Of a stretch of DNA of 64,000 nucleotides, positions 35,436 through 47,698 are shown in pieces; positions within the stretch are counted from its first letter, which is position 1, and each line of letters begins with the position of its first letter. The position numbers and the translations under genes are program-made. Under the pieces are notes generated by a model. It was given only the letters and a program-made list of their open reading frames with translations. It ran no database searches and was not told the origin of the DNA. This DNA is from Ginglymostoma cirratum (taxonomy: Eukaryota): positions 18,211,151 through 18,275,150 of the forward strand of contig JAHRHZ010000271.1 in NCBI GenBank assembly GCA_024137785.1, read 5' to 3'.

Positions 35436-37726
35436 TCAAATGTACCTTGGTCCCTAATTTTATCCACAGAGAACTATTCATCATTGCATTGGCACTTTTC
35501 TTTGCAGTAAAGTTGCTTAAAAGGATTTTGTGATCAAGAAATTACCTTGTTCTGCTTCTAGGAGATCCCCGCCATTGTCAAAATAATGCTAATGAAATGA
35601 AAGCAGATGCACAAATGTTCCTGACCAATGAATTCTGACACCAAGATTGGGCTTGCTAAAACCCTAGAAGCATAAGGGAATTTAGTTGAGGTTCTTTTGA
35701 ATTAACAGCTATGTTTACATTAATGTTAATTCTACAAAAGCACTGACTTTTGAAAGTCTCTATGGCTGTTACTCTGCATTGCAAACCAGATATCCAGGCA
35801 ACTGAGCTAACTAACCTCCGCTGTCTCCGAGAAATGGGGATGGCGGCAACTATATGGTGTTAATTTTTGAAGGACAAGCAAAATAAATTTGGGAGACTGA
35901 ATTAGCACAACGACAAAGTATGGTAGCCTTTTCAATTGTTCTTTACAAAGAGCAAAATTCCTTGGTATTAAAAGTATACCAAGCTCCCGTACTGCTGTTG
36001 TTTATAAACCAAGTAGTGTCAGTTGATCATATTTTAAAACTCACCAATGATCACAACATTGCATGGATTGTTTTTGTAGGAAGGAACTAAGCTGTAAATC
36101 TTTTGGTGAATTTTAGCTTGTGGTCTTTATGGGGTATTGACATGGGATCTTCATAGTTTCAGGATGAGTACACTTGTAGTGTGTATTGAACTGTAACACG
36201 CTTGAACTTGAATCACCAAGGTCTTTTCTAATCACAAGGGGAACAATTTAGCCACATGTCCTTTGAGCAGAAGTTAATATGTTCTTACTAATTGTTTGAT
36301 GTTTTAATTGTCATTTATTACACTGTACTGCACCTGCAACTATGAGGATTCTTCCATAAAGTATTGAAGGCAAATGAGTTAATACAGGGCTGCAAGGAAT
36401 GATGAATTAGAGACTTTTGCGGTGCATTTTCTTACTGGCAGTTGTTTTTTATATTTATGAATATTTAATCCCTTTTTAAAAGTCAGTGGGGATATTGCTT
36501 CCACAATTGTCTTCCAACCTGTCCTTTCATTGTATTACTGTTGACCACAAACGTTGCTTCGAAATGCTGGCGCACCAAACTGTGGAAATAATTTTTCCTT
36601 ACTCGTTGCATCATTTTCAATATCTCTTTCAAAAATTCTTTCTACTCAAGCACCAGTAACTCCATTCCTTTATCCCAAATCCATGCCTCCTCTCCAGCTT
36701 ACTTCTCGACTGTACTCATCAGCTTCTTCTGTTCATGTACAATTTTGCTCGCCAAGCCCTCCCTCATGTTGTGTTCATCCATTTCCCGTCCATTTACCCA
36801 TCTTCATCCCGTGTTTCCCAATACGCAGAAGTTAAAATTTTTGTTTGAGCTAAAATGAGATGAGGCTCAGAGTCCTTAAACCTTCAAATGCTGGTCTATC
36901 TTTTGATGGTATTCCAGTTCTGCATCTCTTATGAATCCTCCTCCACTGCTGCCATTGTCTTTGGCTATCACAGTCCTAGAGTTCCTAAGCCTCTTTACAT
37001 TGCTGTTTTCTTCCCAAGTTTTCTTTTTATGTTACCTCAGAGCCTAACATTCGGGCTCCACTGTGAATCATTTTATTTCCCTTATTAATGCACAATTAAT
37101 GTTCAGTTGTTACGCTATCCTGCGTAAAACATCTTGGGCCATTACATTCTATTAAATGTGTGCTAAAGTGGTTAAATAAAAATATAAGATATTATGGGTT
37201 TGACTGGAATCTGGAGATTAGACTGGAATAAACATGGTAATGCAAAGCATCGTGAACTAGTTTCGCATTTTACCTGCATGCCTCTTGTCTGTGGATTTGA
37301 AAAATAGCAGTTTGTTATTACCTGTCAGTGTATCTTACAGCTCCAATGTACAAGTTATGAAATCTAGCTCTCATAATCTTGTCCATCAACTTGTCACTGA
37401 GGGAAAACTGCCGCAGTTATTGCCAGCCCTAAGTATACAGCAATGGCTGGAATTAACAAATCAGTATAAATGATGTAAGTAATACTGAAACTGAGAACTA
37501 CTGTGCATAAGGATCCACTCCTGTATTATAGTTTATAAGATCATGGGTTTATTTACAGAGGTTATATGAAATTGCAACTTTCCTATCTGCATTTAACATT
37601 AAAATCTTAATGAAATTTAGAATGCTGACAAAACCATTACATTACATTATTTTAGCCATGATATTAAACCCCACCAAGACAGGCAGAAAAGGGTGGTATA
37701 GCAGGATCAAACCATCACATAGGTGA

Positions 37727-38319
37727 GAAATAATAGGTACTGCAGATGCTGGAGAATCCGAGATAACAAGGTGTGGAGCTGGATGAACACAGCAGGCCAA
37801 GCAGCATCATAGGAGCAGGAAGGCTTGACGTTTCGGGCCTANNNNNNNNNNNNNNNNNNNNNNNNNNNNNNNNNNNNNNNNNNNNNNNNNNNNNNNNNNN
37901 NNNNNNNNNNNNNNNNNNNNNNNNNNNNNNNNNNNNNNNNNNNNNNNNNNNNNNNNNNNNNNNNNNNNNNNNNNNNNNNNNNNNNNNNNNNNNNNNNNNN
38001 NNNNNNNNNNNNNNNNNNNNNNNNNNNNNNNNNNNNNNNNNNNNNNNNNNNNNNNNNNNNNNNNNNNNNNNNNNNNNNNNNNNNNNNNNNNNNNNNNNNN
38101 NNNNNNNNNNNNNNNNNNNNNNNNNNNNNNNNNNNNNNNNNNNNNNNNNNNNNNNNNNNNNNNNNNNNNNNNNNNNNNNNNNNNNNNNNNNNNNNNNNNN
38201 NNNNNNNNNNNNNNNNNNNNNNNNNNNNNNNNNNNNNNNNNTCTAGGCCCGAAGCGTCAAGCCTTCCTGCTCCTATGATGCTGCTTGGCCTGCTGTGTTC
38301 ATCCAGCTCCACACCTTGT
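37727..38319. mobile_element. Head-to-head Penelope-like insertion with an assembly gap inside and a 14-bp TSD
   Basis: Inverted pLTR ends flank the gap. TSD catcacataggtga at 37713-37726 and 38320-38333. Confidence 0.88.
37842..38241. other. Assembly gap (400 N)
   Basis: Run of N. Confidence 1.
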
Positions 38320-39984
38320 CATCACATAGGTGAAATGTCATTCCAACTCACCAAGCATGCAGTTGTTACCATTTTTATGGTGGCAGGGCTTGTAATATCT
38401 GGTGAAACACTTAACCAAAGTGTTATGAGTGGTTTGTACTCATTGAACATGCATGGATTTGTTGTAGCAGCCTGGAAATGTACCATAATTAAAAGTTCCA
38501 TCAGTGCATTTCCAGTCAAAAGACAAGACCAGTAAAAACCATGGTTGCTCTCCCGCACTCCCCCCACCATTAGAAACTGTGCTTGAGAGTTCATCTTTCA
38601 CCTCATATAAGAGGACTGTCATTGGTAACAGCATTGTACAATTGTGCAAAAAGACGAGCATAAATTGGTCGTATCTCTGGCATTTTCATAAAAAGACCTA
38701 AGATTCTGGAAAAGTAAAAAGATGTTTTATTTTGCTGTACTGTTTGAATATTCTTCCTGTTTTGGAAGGTTGCATTTGAAATTCATGCTCTGCTATTCAC
38801 TGTTGCTCATCAGGGTTATCAGATTTTTAAGCTGGTAGTCAACATTGTGGTGTGAGTCTGATCTCAATCAGCATTTCTTCCTGTTTCCTGTGAGAGTCAG
38901 CCATTAGTCATAAGGGTTCCCATTTCCTCAAACTCACCACAAAATAAACAGGGTGTCTTACTCACACTGAACTGTCGGCAGTCATCCAGAGGTTCTTTGC
39001 TAACTCTGTATCAGTAGCACTGCTTCCTTCATTTGGCACAGAACCTATTTTGTACGTTATTTTAATCAAAGATGGAGGTGGGGTTGGGAATACACTCATA
39101 AAATAATACAGTACAAACCAAAGAGTATTTTCTGTTAACCAGTATTTCCAGCAGAAAGATTAGTGTTACTTTGAGCAAAATGTAGCAGCTTTCTCATATA
39201 GAAAGTTTAATAATGTTATCTCTTAGCTTCATGGCAAGCTAGAAAACTTGCAAAAGTTGAGTGCAGAGGCACACAAACTTGTTATAATTTAAACCACGTG
39301 TCTCTAATATTGTACTATTTGTAGTCTAGGTAAACGAGTAACACTGCACAAAATGCAGGGTTTTTGTTTTGCAGTAGTAGATTTAGCAATGACTAAAGAG
39401 AAAAGTTAGCGCTGAAGGTTCTTTAGGTATCTGCTAGGGGAACTGAAAGTTTGCTGACTCTAGAAAGTTCTGATTTTTCAACACTTTTTTTTGTATTCTG
39501 CTGTTAACTGCAAATCTTGGCTTTGAAGTTGAATATAAGGAGCAGTGTGTTAATGTCGCCAGGTGGATCCACAGATAACACAGTATCATCAATGAAAAGG
39601 AGTAATTTATTTCTTTAAACAAATATTTTGAGACTTTTTACAATGCTATCCAATTAGTACTGATGAATTTATCAATGATAACACAACTTATGTTTAGGTA
39701 GCACAGTTAATGCAAAAAACATCTAAAGGTACTTCATAGGAGTTTATAAAACAAAAATAGCATCAAGCCACAAAAGAAGATATCGGAAGACTAAACGTTT
39801 GCCCTCAAAAGTAGTTTATAAGGAGAGTCTTAAAGAAAGAAAGTGAGCTAGAGAAGTGACGCGATGCAACAAAGGAATTCTGGAGCTTAGGATCCAGGCA
39901 ACTGAAGGAGTGGCCATCATGTGGACTGATTAAAATCAGAGATGCTTACAAGCCAAAATTAAATGAGTGTGATTTTATAGAGTT

Positions 39985-41745
39985 CTTTCTTTTTATTCAT
40001 GTTTCACATCCAAATGTTGCTGGCAAGGCTAGTCTTTCTTGCCCAACACTCTGATAGTGGTTGAATTGTTTTCTTAAATCTCTAACATTCCTGTTGTGTG
40101 GGTATACCCATAGAGCCATTAGGAAGAGAATTCCAAGTTTTATTTTTTAACCCAGTAGCAGTGAAGCACCAGTGATATACATTCAAGGACAGAATAATAT
40201 GTGGTTGGAAGGAGACTTGCAGGTGGTGGGTCCCATGATCTGCTGCATATGTCCTTTTTAGGTGATGAGGTCACTGGGTTAGAAGGTGCTGTTGAAGGAT
40301 GTGTTGCTGTGGTACATTTTGTGGTTGGTACAAACTATTGCCACTGGGCACCAGTGGGCGACAGAGCTTCACCGGAGGCGCACTGACGATGTTACTTAGC
40401 ATGGTGACAAAACATTTGCAATCAAACACACTGGCTCAGTGAGCAAGTCTACAAAGTAAGAGTGTATTTTTAACATTGTGAGTAGGGAGCCGATCAAGTG
40501 ACCAGATTTTTTTTTCCCTAGATAGTGTCAAACCTCTCAAGTGTTGGAACTAAATTCATCCAGCCAAGTGATAAGTCTTCTGTCAAACTCCTGATTTATA
40601 TCTTGCATCGATGGATTTTGGGGAGTCTGGCAATGAGCTTCTTAGTATTATGATTTTCATAATGATCCACACATGATGTTGGAAAAAAAAGGATTCCCAG
40701 TGTCTAATTTTAAGGAATTACATGACAAGATATCAAATTTAAATATTTTTACAGTAGCAAACAAACAAAAATCATTGATTAAACATTAATAGGAAACTAA
40801 TGCTCTAAATTACAGACAGCTTTATGAGCTTTGAACCATGACTGATAACCTCTCAGCAGAATTGTAGTCTTTTTGTTTATTCACTTGCAAGATTATGGGT
40901 GTCGCTGGCTGGCCATCATTTATTGTCAGCCCCTAGATGCCCTTGAGAAGGAGGCGGTGAGCTGCCTTCTAGAACCGCTGTAGTCCATGTGCTGTACGTT
41001 GTCCCTTAGGGATTTTGACTCAGCGACAGTCAGGGCGATGGGTGTCTTGATGGGAAACTTGAAAATCACGGTGTTCCCATTTATCTGCTGCCCTTGTCCT
41101 TCTACACAGAAATGTTCATAGGTTTCGAAGGTGCTGTCTAAAGACAGTTAAGGTAAATTTATGCAGTGCATCTTGTAAATCGTAGACGCTGTTGCTACTG
41201 AGCTTTGGTGTTGGAAGGAGTCAATGTTTGTGGATGTGGTGCCAATAAGTAGACCGCTTTGTCTTGGATAGTGCAAGCTTCCTGGGTGTTGATAGAACTC
41301 CTTATGAAACTCCTGCATTGATTTTGTGGAACTGAGATGACCAGTATCCAATAACTACAAGCATCTTGCTTTGCGCAAGGCATAACTCCAACCAATAGAG
41401 TGTGTTTTCCCCTTGATTTCCCCTTGACTTCAGTTTTGGTCAGCTTCCTCGATGCTACACAGTCTAATACTGCCTTCATGTAATGGGCAATTGCTTGCAT
41501 CTCACCACTGGCATTCAGTTCTTTTCTACGTGTTTAGACCCAGTCTTTAATGAGGTCAGGAACTGAGCAGCCCTGGAAAATCTAAACTGAGTGTCATTGA
41601 ATGGTAGGTAATGGCCTAGTGGTATTATTGCTAGACTGTTAATCCAGACATGCAGGGAATGTCGAATTTTCGTTTTGATGATCAAAAGTAGTCTGATAGG
41701 GCAATAGTTGGACATGCATTGCTGGGTAGATGCCAATGTTAAGAA
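39985..41745 (-). mobile_element. Two decayed family-B LINE 3' fragments (about 39985-40635 and 40870-41745)
   Basis: The tail motif appears twice on the minus strand. Minus ORFs contain TIQDKAVYL, SNYCPIRLL and NDTQFRF. Confidence 0.7.
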
Positions 41746-42647
41746 CTTGAAGTCATGAAACTAGTGGAGCTAATGTGTCTTTGTTTCAGCATAAAATGAA
41801 GTTGACGTAGAAACAATAAACAATATCCCCCACCACCAGATCCATGAAAGAGCAGTTCATAGTGAAAGCACTACAGGTTAATTGTTTTTTGACCAGAGGT
41901 TATTGTAGATTAAAGTTTTTTTTTTGCCAGTTCTTTTTAAAGTTTTTTTTTTATATCTGAGTGATTGATGCTTAAACCAATAATCACATATACACACTGT
42001 ACTGTAAAAATAAAACCACTGACAGCTGAATGTGAAGAAACTTTTGACTTCCACTGGATAGTGCAATAGTTACACAGCAATTATGTTTTCTCTGAGCTAT
42101 GGGTGTATAATGATTTCATTAAGGTGATTAAAAACAAACTCCCCCAACTACTATAATTTGTGACAAAGACATATTGAATAAACAAAAGCATCTATTAGAA
42201 AAGTGTAATTAAATAGAAAAGGGATTGTGAACAGCAAGCAAAGCAAGAAGTGACATGCCAGCTTCTGGGCTCACACCCAAACACTGATCCATAATATATT
42301 CTACCAGAGTTCTAACACAAAACATGTCCTGGATGCAGCAATGGGTGCTGCTCATTTTGAAAATTACACCATAATTAATTTACAATCCATCTCTCATCAG
42401 GCTGGAGGCCTTTGCATTTTCTGTAGGATTTGTAAAGCATTTGCCAGGGGCTATAGGACCTAAATGAAACTGAGCAAAGTAGCAAGTTGAGTCAATGAAG
42501 ATTCAGTCAAATAACTTTGAGTTCAATGTGAGAAGGAATAGAGTAATGTAGATGGGACGCAATACGGCAAATTTAGGCCTAAAATATAAACTTCAATAAT
42601 GGAAATAAACAGGTTCTAGTAGGTCTAAGTTTCTGGCTTGAGAGAAG

Positions 42648-43820
42648 GTGGTAATGAGGCATCCTACCACAGAACCAGCAGTCTGAGGTCCAAGCTTATG
42701 TTCTGAGGACACAGGTTCAAATCCCAGAATGGCAGCTAGTAGAATCAGTTAATAAAATTGTAATTATAAAGCTATTTCCAGTAATGACTATCATTGCTGA
42801 TTATAAAAACCTTCGTTTGCTAATATCATCTGATCTGCCACTTTCTTATTTGCTCTGGCTTAGATGTTACTTTAGACCCACAACAATGGTGATTTTTATC
42901 TTAAAAGTGCACTGAAATGGCCTAGCAGCACACTTGGGTAAATAAAACGTCTACAAAGTCAAGAAAAAATTGAACCGACCACACAGCATTGGCCCTGATA
43001 TTAGAAAGGACAATGTCAAACCCAACCTCGATGACCCTACAAAATTGTCCTTACTAATATTTGGGGGCTTGTGACAAAACCATAAGAGTTAACCCATAGA
43101 CTAGTTTGTCATAGTCAAAGAATTGTAGCTTACAGAAGGTACTCCAAACCCATCATTGCTAGGTATGTTCTCTCCCACCAACAGAACTGATCCAGCATAG
43201 ACAGTGGCACAGTGGTGTGCAGTCGGGAAGGTGTTGCCCTAGCAGTCCTCAACAGTGATGCTGGACTCCGTGAAATCTCATGGTATAAGGTCAGACATAG
43301 ACAGGGAAGCCTCCTGCCAATTATAGCCTACGAACCTCTCTGAGCTGATGAATCAGTACTGCTTCATGTTGAACACCAATTGGAGGAAACACTGAGGATG
43401 GCAAGGTCACAGAATCTGTTCTGGATTAGGGACTTCAATGTCCATCACCAGAAGTGGCTCGGCAGACCACCACTGACCGAGCTGGTTGAGTCCTAAAGAC
43501 CGTAGCTGCTTGATTAGGTATGTAGCAGATGGTGAGGGAACCAACAACAGGAAAAAAAAATCTACTTGATCTCATCTTGACCAAGCTACTTGTCACAGAT
43601 GCTTCTCTCCATTATGGTATTGGTAGGACTAGCCTCTGCAAGGTCCATGTAGAGAGATAATCTCATTATCATCTTGAGGATTCCCTCCGTTGTTTTGTGT
43701 GGCACCAATATCTAGCTAAATGGGATGGAATTCAAACAGGATTCAAAACTGAGCATCCAGAAGGCACTATGCGCCACCATCAGCAACAGAATTGTATTCA
43801 TCCACAATCTGCACATGACC
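42648..43820 (+). mobile_element. 5' part of a family-B LINE: tRNA/Deu SINE-like head (42648-42935) running into the APE endonuclease domain
   Basis: B box GGTTCAAATCCC at 42714-42725, then the Deu-like segment tctggcttagatgttactttagacccacaacaatg. APE motifs follow: NIWGL, GYVLSH, NLFWIRDFNVHHQKWLG and LLDLILT. Confidence 0.75.
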
Positions 43821-43824
43821 CTGA

Positions 43825-44137
43825 ACAGGTGGACATGGAACGGATGCAGTCGAGTCAAAAACTAGGGGGCACAATGTAAAAATTAAGGGTCACCGTTTCA
43901 GGATAGAGAGGAGGAGAATTTTTTTTCTGTGAAGGTTTTGCAGTTGTGGAACTCTCCCTCAGAAGGCGGTGGACCTTGAGTCATTGCCAATAAAAGATAG
44001 ATTCTTGTTAGATAAAAGAATCAAAAGTTATTGGGGGTGAACAGCAATGTAGAATTCAAAATCCAAAGAAATAAACTATGATCTTTTTGAATGGTGATGG
44101 GCTTTGGAGGGCAAATGGCCGCCTTCTACTCCTAATT
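43825..44137 (+). mobile_element. CR1 3' end fragment
   Basis: actagggggcacaatgtaaaaattaagggt (TRGH-like), ...gtggaactctccctcagaaggcggtgga, and tail ggccgccttctactcctaattt. Confidence 0.7.
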
Positions 44138-44211
44138 TTCAGGAAGAATTGATGATGAGATAGTTGCAACTTGCACCTAGTTCTGCTAGGATCTTTTTCT
44201 TTTGGTAGAGT

Positions 44212-44962
44212 AGAATCATAGAGTCATACAGCACAGAAACTGACCCTTTGGCCCATCTTGTCCATGACAACCAGGGCTCCTAAACTGAATTAGTCCCATT
44301 TGCCAGAATTTGGCTCATGTTCCTCTAAACCTTTCCTATCCCCGTGCAAATGCATTTTAAATGTTGCAATTGTACTCACCTCTACGACTTCCTCTGGCAG
44401 CTCATTCCACACATGCAGTGCCCAGTGAGAGGAAAAGTTGCTCTTTAGGTCCCTCTTAAATCTTTCCCTGCTCACCTTAAATGTATGACCTTGAGGGTTG
44501 GACTCCCCTACTGTGGGGAAAAGTTATTACCCTTGATTTTTCACCTTCTCTATGCCTGTCATGATTTTATCAATTTCTGTAATGTCACCCCTCAGCCTCC
44601 TGTGTTCCGGGGAAAAATGTCCCAGCCTCTCCTTATAACTCAAACCTTCCAGTCTTGGTAACATCCTTGTAAATTGTTTTGGTACCCTTTCTCATCTAAT
44701 AACATCTTTCCTAGAGCAGGGTGACCAGAATAGTAAGCAGCACTCCAAATGTGATCTCAGCAATGTCTTGTTTAACTGTAAGATGACGTCCCAACTCCTG
44801 TACTCAGTGTTTGACAGATGAAGGCAAGTGTGCCAAATGCCTTTTTTTTGTACCACCCTGTCTACCTGTGACATCACTTTCAAGGAACTATGTACTGCAC
44901 ACCTCAGTGTCTCTGTCCGACAGCACTCTCCAGGGCCTTACCATTAACTGTGTAAGTCTTGC
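44212..44962 (-). mobile_element. CR1 (HER1-like) 3' fragment
   Basis: Minus ORFs give EYRSWDVILQLNKTLLRSHLECCLLFWSP and HVWNELPEEVVE. Tail tcatagagtcatacagcacagaaac. Confidence 0.9.
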
Positions 44963-45289
44963 CACCAACCTTCCTTCTAATGTGACTCTGTAGGGCTTGC
45001 TGGTGTTATGTAATGTGGGATTAATCACTAATACGTCTTCAGAAGAGGTACAGAAACAAGTTCCAGTAGTTTAAGACTGGTGAACATTGAACGACTTTGT
45101 TATCTCCTAAGATGCAATAACTTGGTCTATGCTACATGGTTACAGAACTGCTTTACAATGAATGCAAACTGGCTAGCTCCTCCAAGACACAGTGATGTAT
45201 ATATCACTGAGTGAAGCTATTCCAGAGCTTCTGAATTAATCCTTTCAGAGCAACTGCCTTAAACAACAATATTACAAATAATTAAAATC

Positions 45290-46150
45290 CTTCACAGGAT
45301 GTGCGTGTTGCTGGCAAATCCAGCCCATTTCTCTTTGTCCATTTCCAGTAGGTGGTGAGTCACTTTTTTGGTTGCTTCTGAATGGCTTGTGAAATCATTT
45401 TATAGAACGCTTGGGAGTCAACCACATTTCTTTTGGTCTGGAGTTATATATGGGTAACACTGGGTAGGGATAGCAGATTTTTCCACTTAATCGACATTTA
45501 TGAACCAAATCTGGCTATTGCATTCACACCATTACTGAAACTCGGGGTGCAGTTTTCCACCTCCGTAATTAAGTGCTAGGATCCACTGGGGACTCAGCAG
45601 CAATTATGTTCTCAGCAGCCCATATACCTGCCTTCCCAGCATGCGAGAAAAGTGGCTTGTTTAAGCTTGATTGGAAGGTTGCCTACTTTGAGGCCAGTCT
45701 GGGGTGGGGATGAGAGGCAAGGAGGTGAATATTGAAAGCCACCCCCTGCCTTTGCTTCTGCCCCCTACCTGCAAGATGTGTACAAAAATGACTTAACTTC
45801 TTGCTGTTGTATGTCCTGGAAACAATATCTCTCATGTCAGTCTCCAGCACCACAAAACTACTAGCCTCTGGCAAGGTGGGACATCAAAGTCAAGAGCTGT
45901 TGGTTGCCAAGAAGCTCAACATTCAGCTGATTAGAGCTCAATTTGGCGAGCACGTTTTGGTTGGGTGTGGAGAATCAGTTGCCATTGAACAAGCCCACCT
46001 CCACACTTAAGCTGCAAAATGGAAAATCTCAGACTATTCTAGATTTATTTAATCCACTGAATTTAAATTTCCAGGTGTCATGGTGAAATTTGGACTCCTG
46101 TTTCCAGACCATTAGTCCAGTCTTGTGGAAACTAATTGAATACCGTAACT
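45290..46150 (-). mobile_element. SacSINE1-like SINE split by a roughly 490-bp putative MITE (45544-46033)
   Basis: The SINE 3' half is at 45290-45543 and the 5' half at 46034-46150. The insert ends ggggtgcagttttcca ... tggaaaatctcagac form an imperfect terminal inverted repeat (TIR). Confidence 0.55.
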
Positions 46151-47668
46151 AAATAAAAATAAGGATAATGGAGGAGTTGTTAAATAATTACTTCATGCAG
46201 CATTTACAATGGAGGTTTAATTCTTAATTTTAAACCTAATTATTGATATATGTCTGTTAACAATGATGTGGGACAAAGACAAATATGTGGAAATAGGTCG
46301 CAGATCAGCTAGAATCTCACTGACTAGCAGAACAGGCTGGACGGGCTAAATGGGCGATTTGTGTTCTTGTGTTTCTTTGATTTTAAAATTGAGTAAAATG
46401 CCTTAATAGTCTGTCTTGCCATTCTGTGTTTTACAATTTACAAACAATATTCCCACATAAAGTAGAGCACTTGATGCTCTTTCTTGGATGTTCTAGTGCA
46501 GTTCATTACCAGGAAAGCATCACCTTCAGTGGTGTCACTTTCTGGTGACTCTCGCAGTAGTGGCTTTGATAAATATGTCTTCTCTGAACAAAGTGTCAGA
46601 GAAAGAAGTAACTACTAATGAGTGGGTACTAATGAATTTTAGGTATTAAACCAAATTGGCTAACTTTTCAAGCGAAAGGCTGACAAAGTTACAATTTAGT
46701 ATTTTATCTGGAGAAAAGTATGCCAATTCTGTTATTCTGGGCAGTCTTTCAACCCTTACCTTGCAACGTACATCAATATCTTTAGAGGTCATGCTTACAT
46801 ATGTCATGTGATTTTAAAAACACCCTCATTTTAAAAGTATAGAAGAAATTCAATAGGCAAAATGTTCGATGTTTAAGGGCCCTTTGCACACTTCCTGCTG
46901 ATAAACTGTTGGGAGAAATAAAACATTCCTTCAGATGCAGAACCTTACTGGTGAACAGATGTGCTTGAAGTGCTTTAGGCATTGATCCAATGTGTTAGTG
47001 CTGATTATGTTGAGCTGACTGCACACTTTTTGGAGAGTCAGTACTCAATTCACTTTGTTAAGAAGGGAAAAGATACAGATTTGTGATCATGGTGTGGTAT
47101 TTTGTAACTACTGAATGTTGTTGTAAAACTAATATCTCCCAAAATATAGGACGTGTTGATTCAATTGTTTTGTTTTTATATTGACAGGGGTGGGTGAAAG
47201 TTACCAGAAAATCATGGGGACTACGAGCCCAGATTCATTCTACATCTCCCAATGGACCAGCACTTTTGTAGCACAATTTCTGTCAAATTCTCCATATGTT
47301 ATTCCTGTCCTCACCCAAACAATATTTTTAGTTGACATTGGGTTGGCCTCCTTATTTAAGTAATGGTGTTAAGTAACATGATTCTAGTTTTAGCATTTTG
47401 TTCTTTCTCTTAATGTCATGATTCAGTTGGGAAGATTGTGCCAATGATTGAACCTCACTATTCTGCAAGCTGTCACAAATATGTAACACTCAATTAAATC
47501 ACTAAGGTGAGCAATTTGCCTCACTAACTGCTATTTAGAACAATAGTAATTCACGCCAGATTTTATCACTAACAGGAGAAGTGAACAAACTTATTCTTTA
47601 ACAAGCAGTAAACGAATTTGCTAATTTATTACTACGCGATTTAAGCTATACCTTTTTAAAACCCCCAA

Positions 47669-47698
47669 ACACACACACACAGACACACACACACACAC
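47669..47698. repeat. (AC)n microsatellite, interrupted
   Basis: acacacacacacagacacacacacacacac. Confidence 0.9.

Noticed and set aside
37773-38535. Long ORFs (157-236 aa) here and at 59912-60796
   Set aside because: These are artefacts of translating through N gaps.
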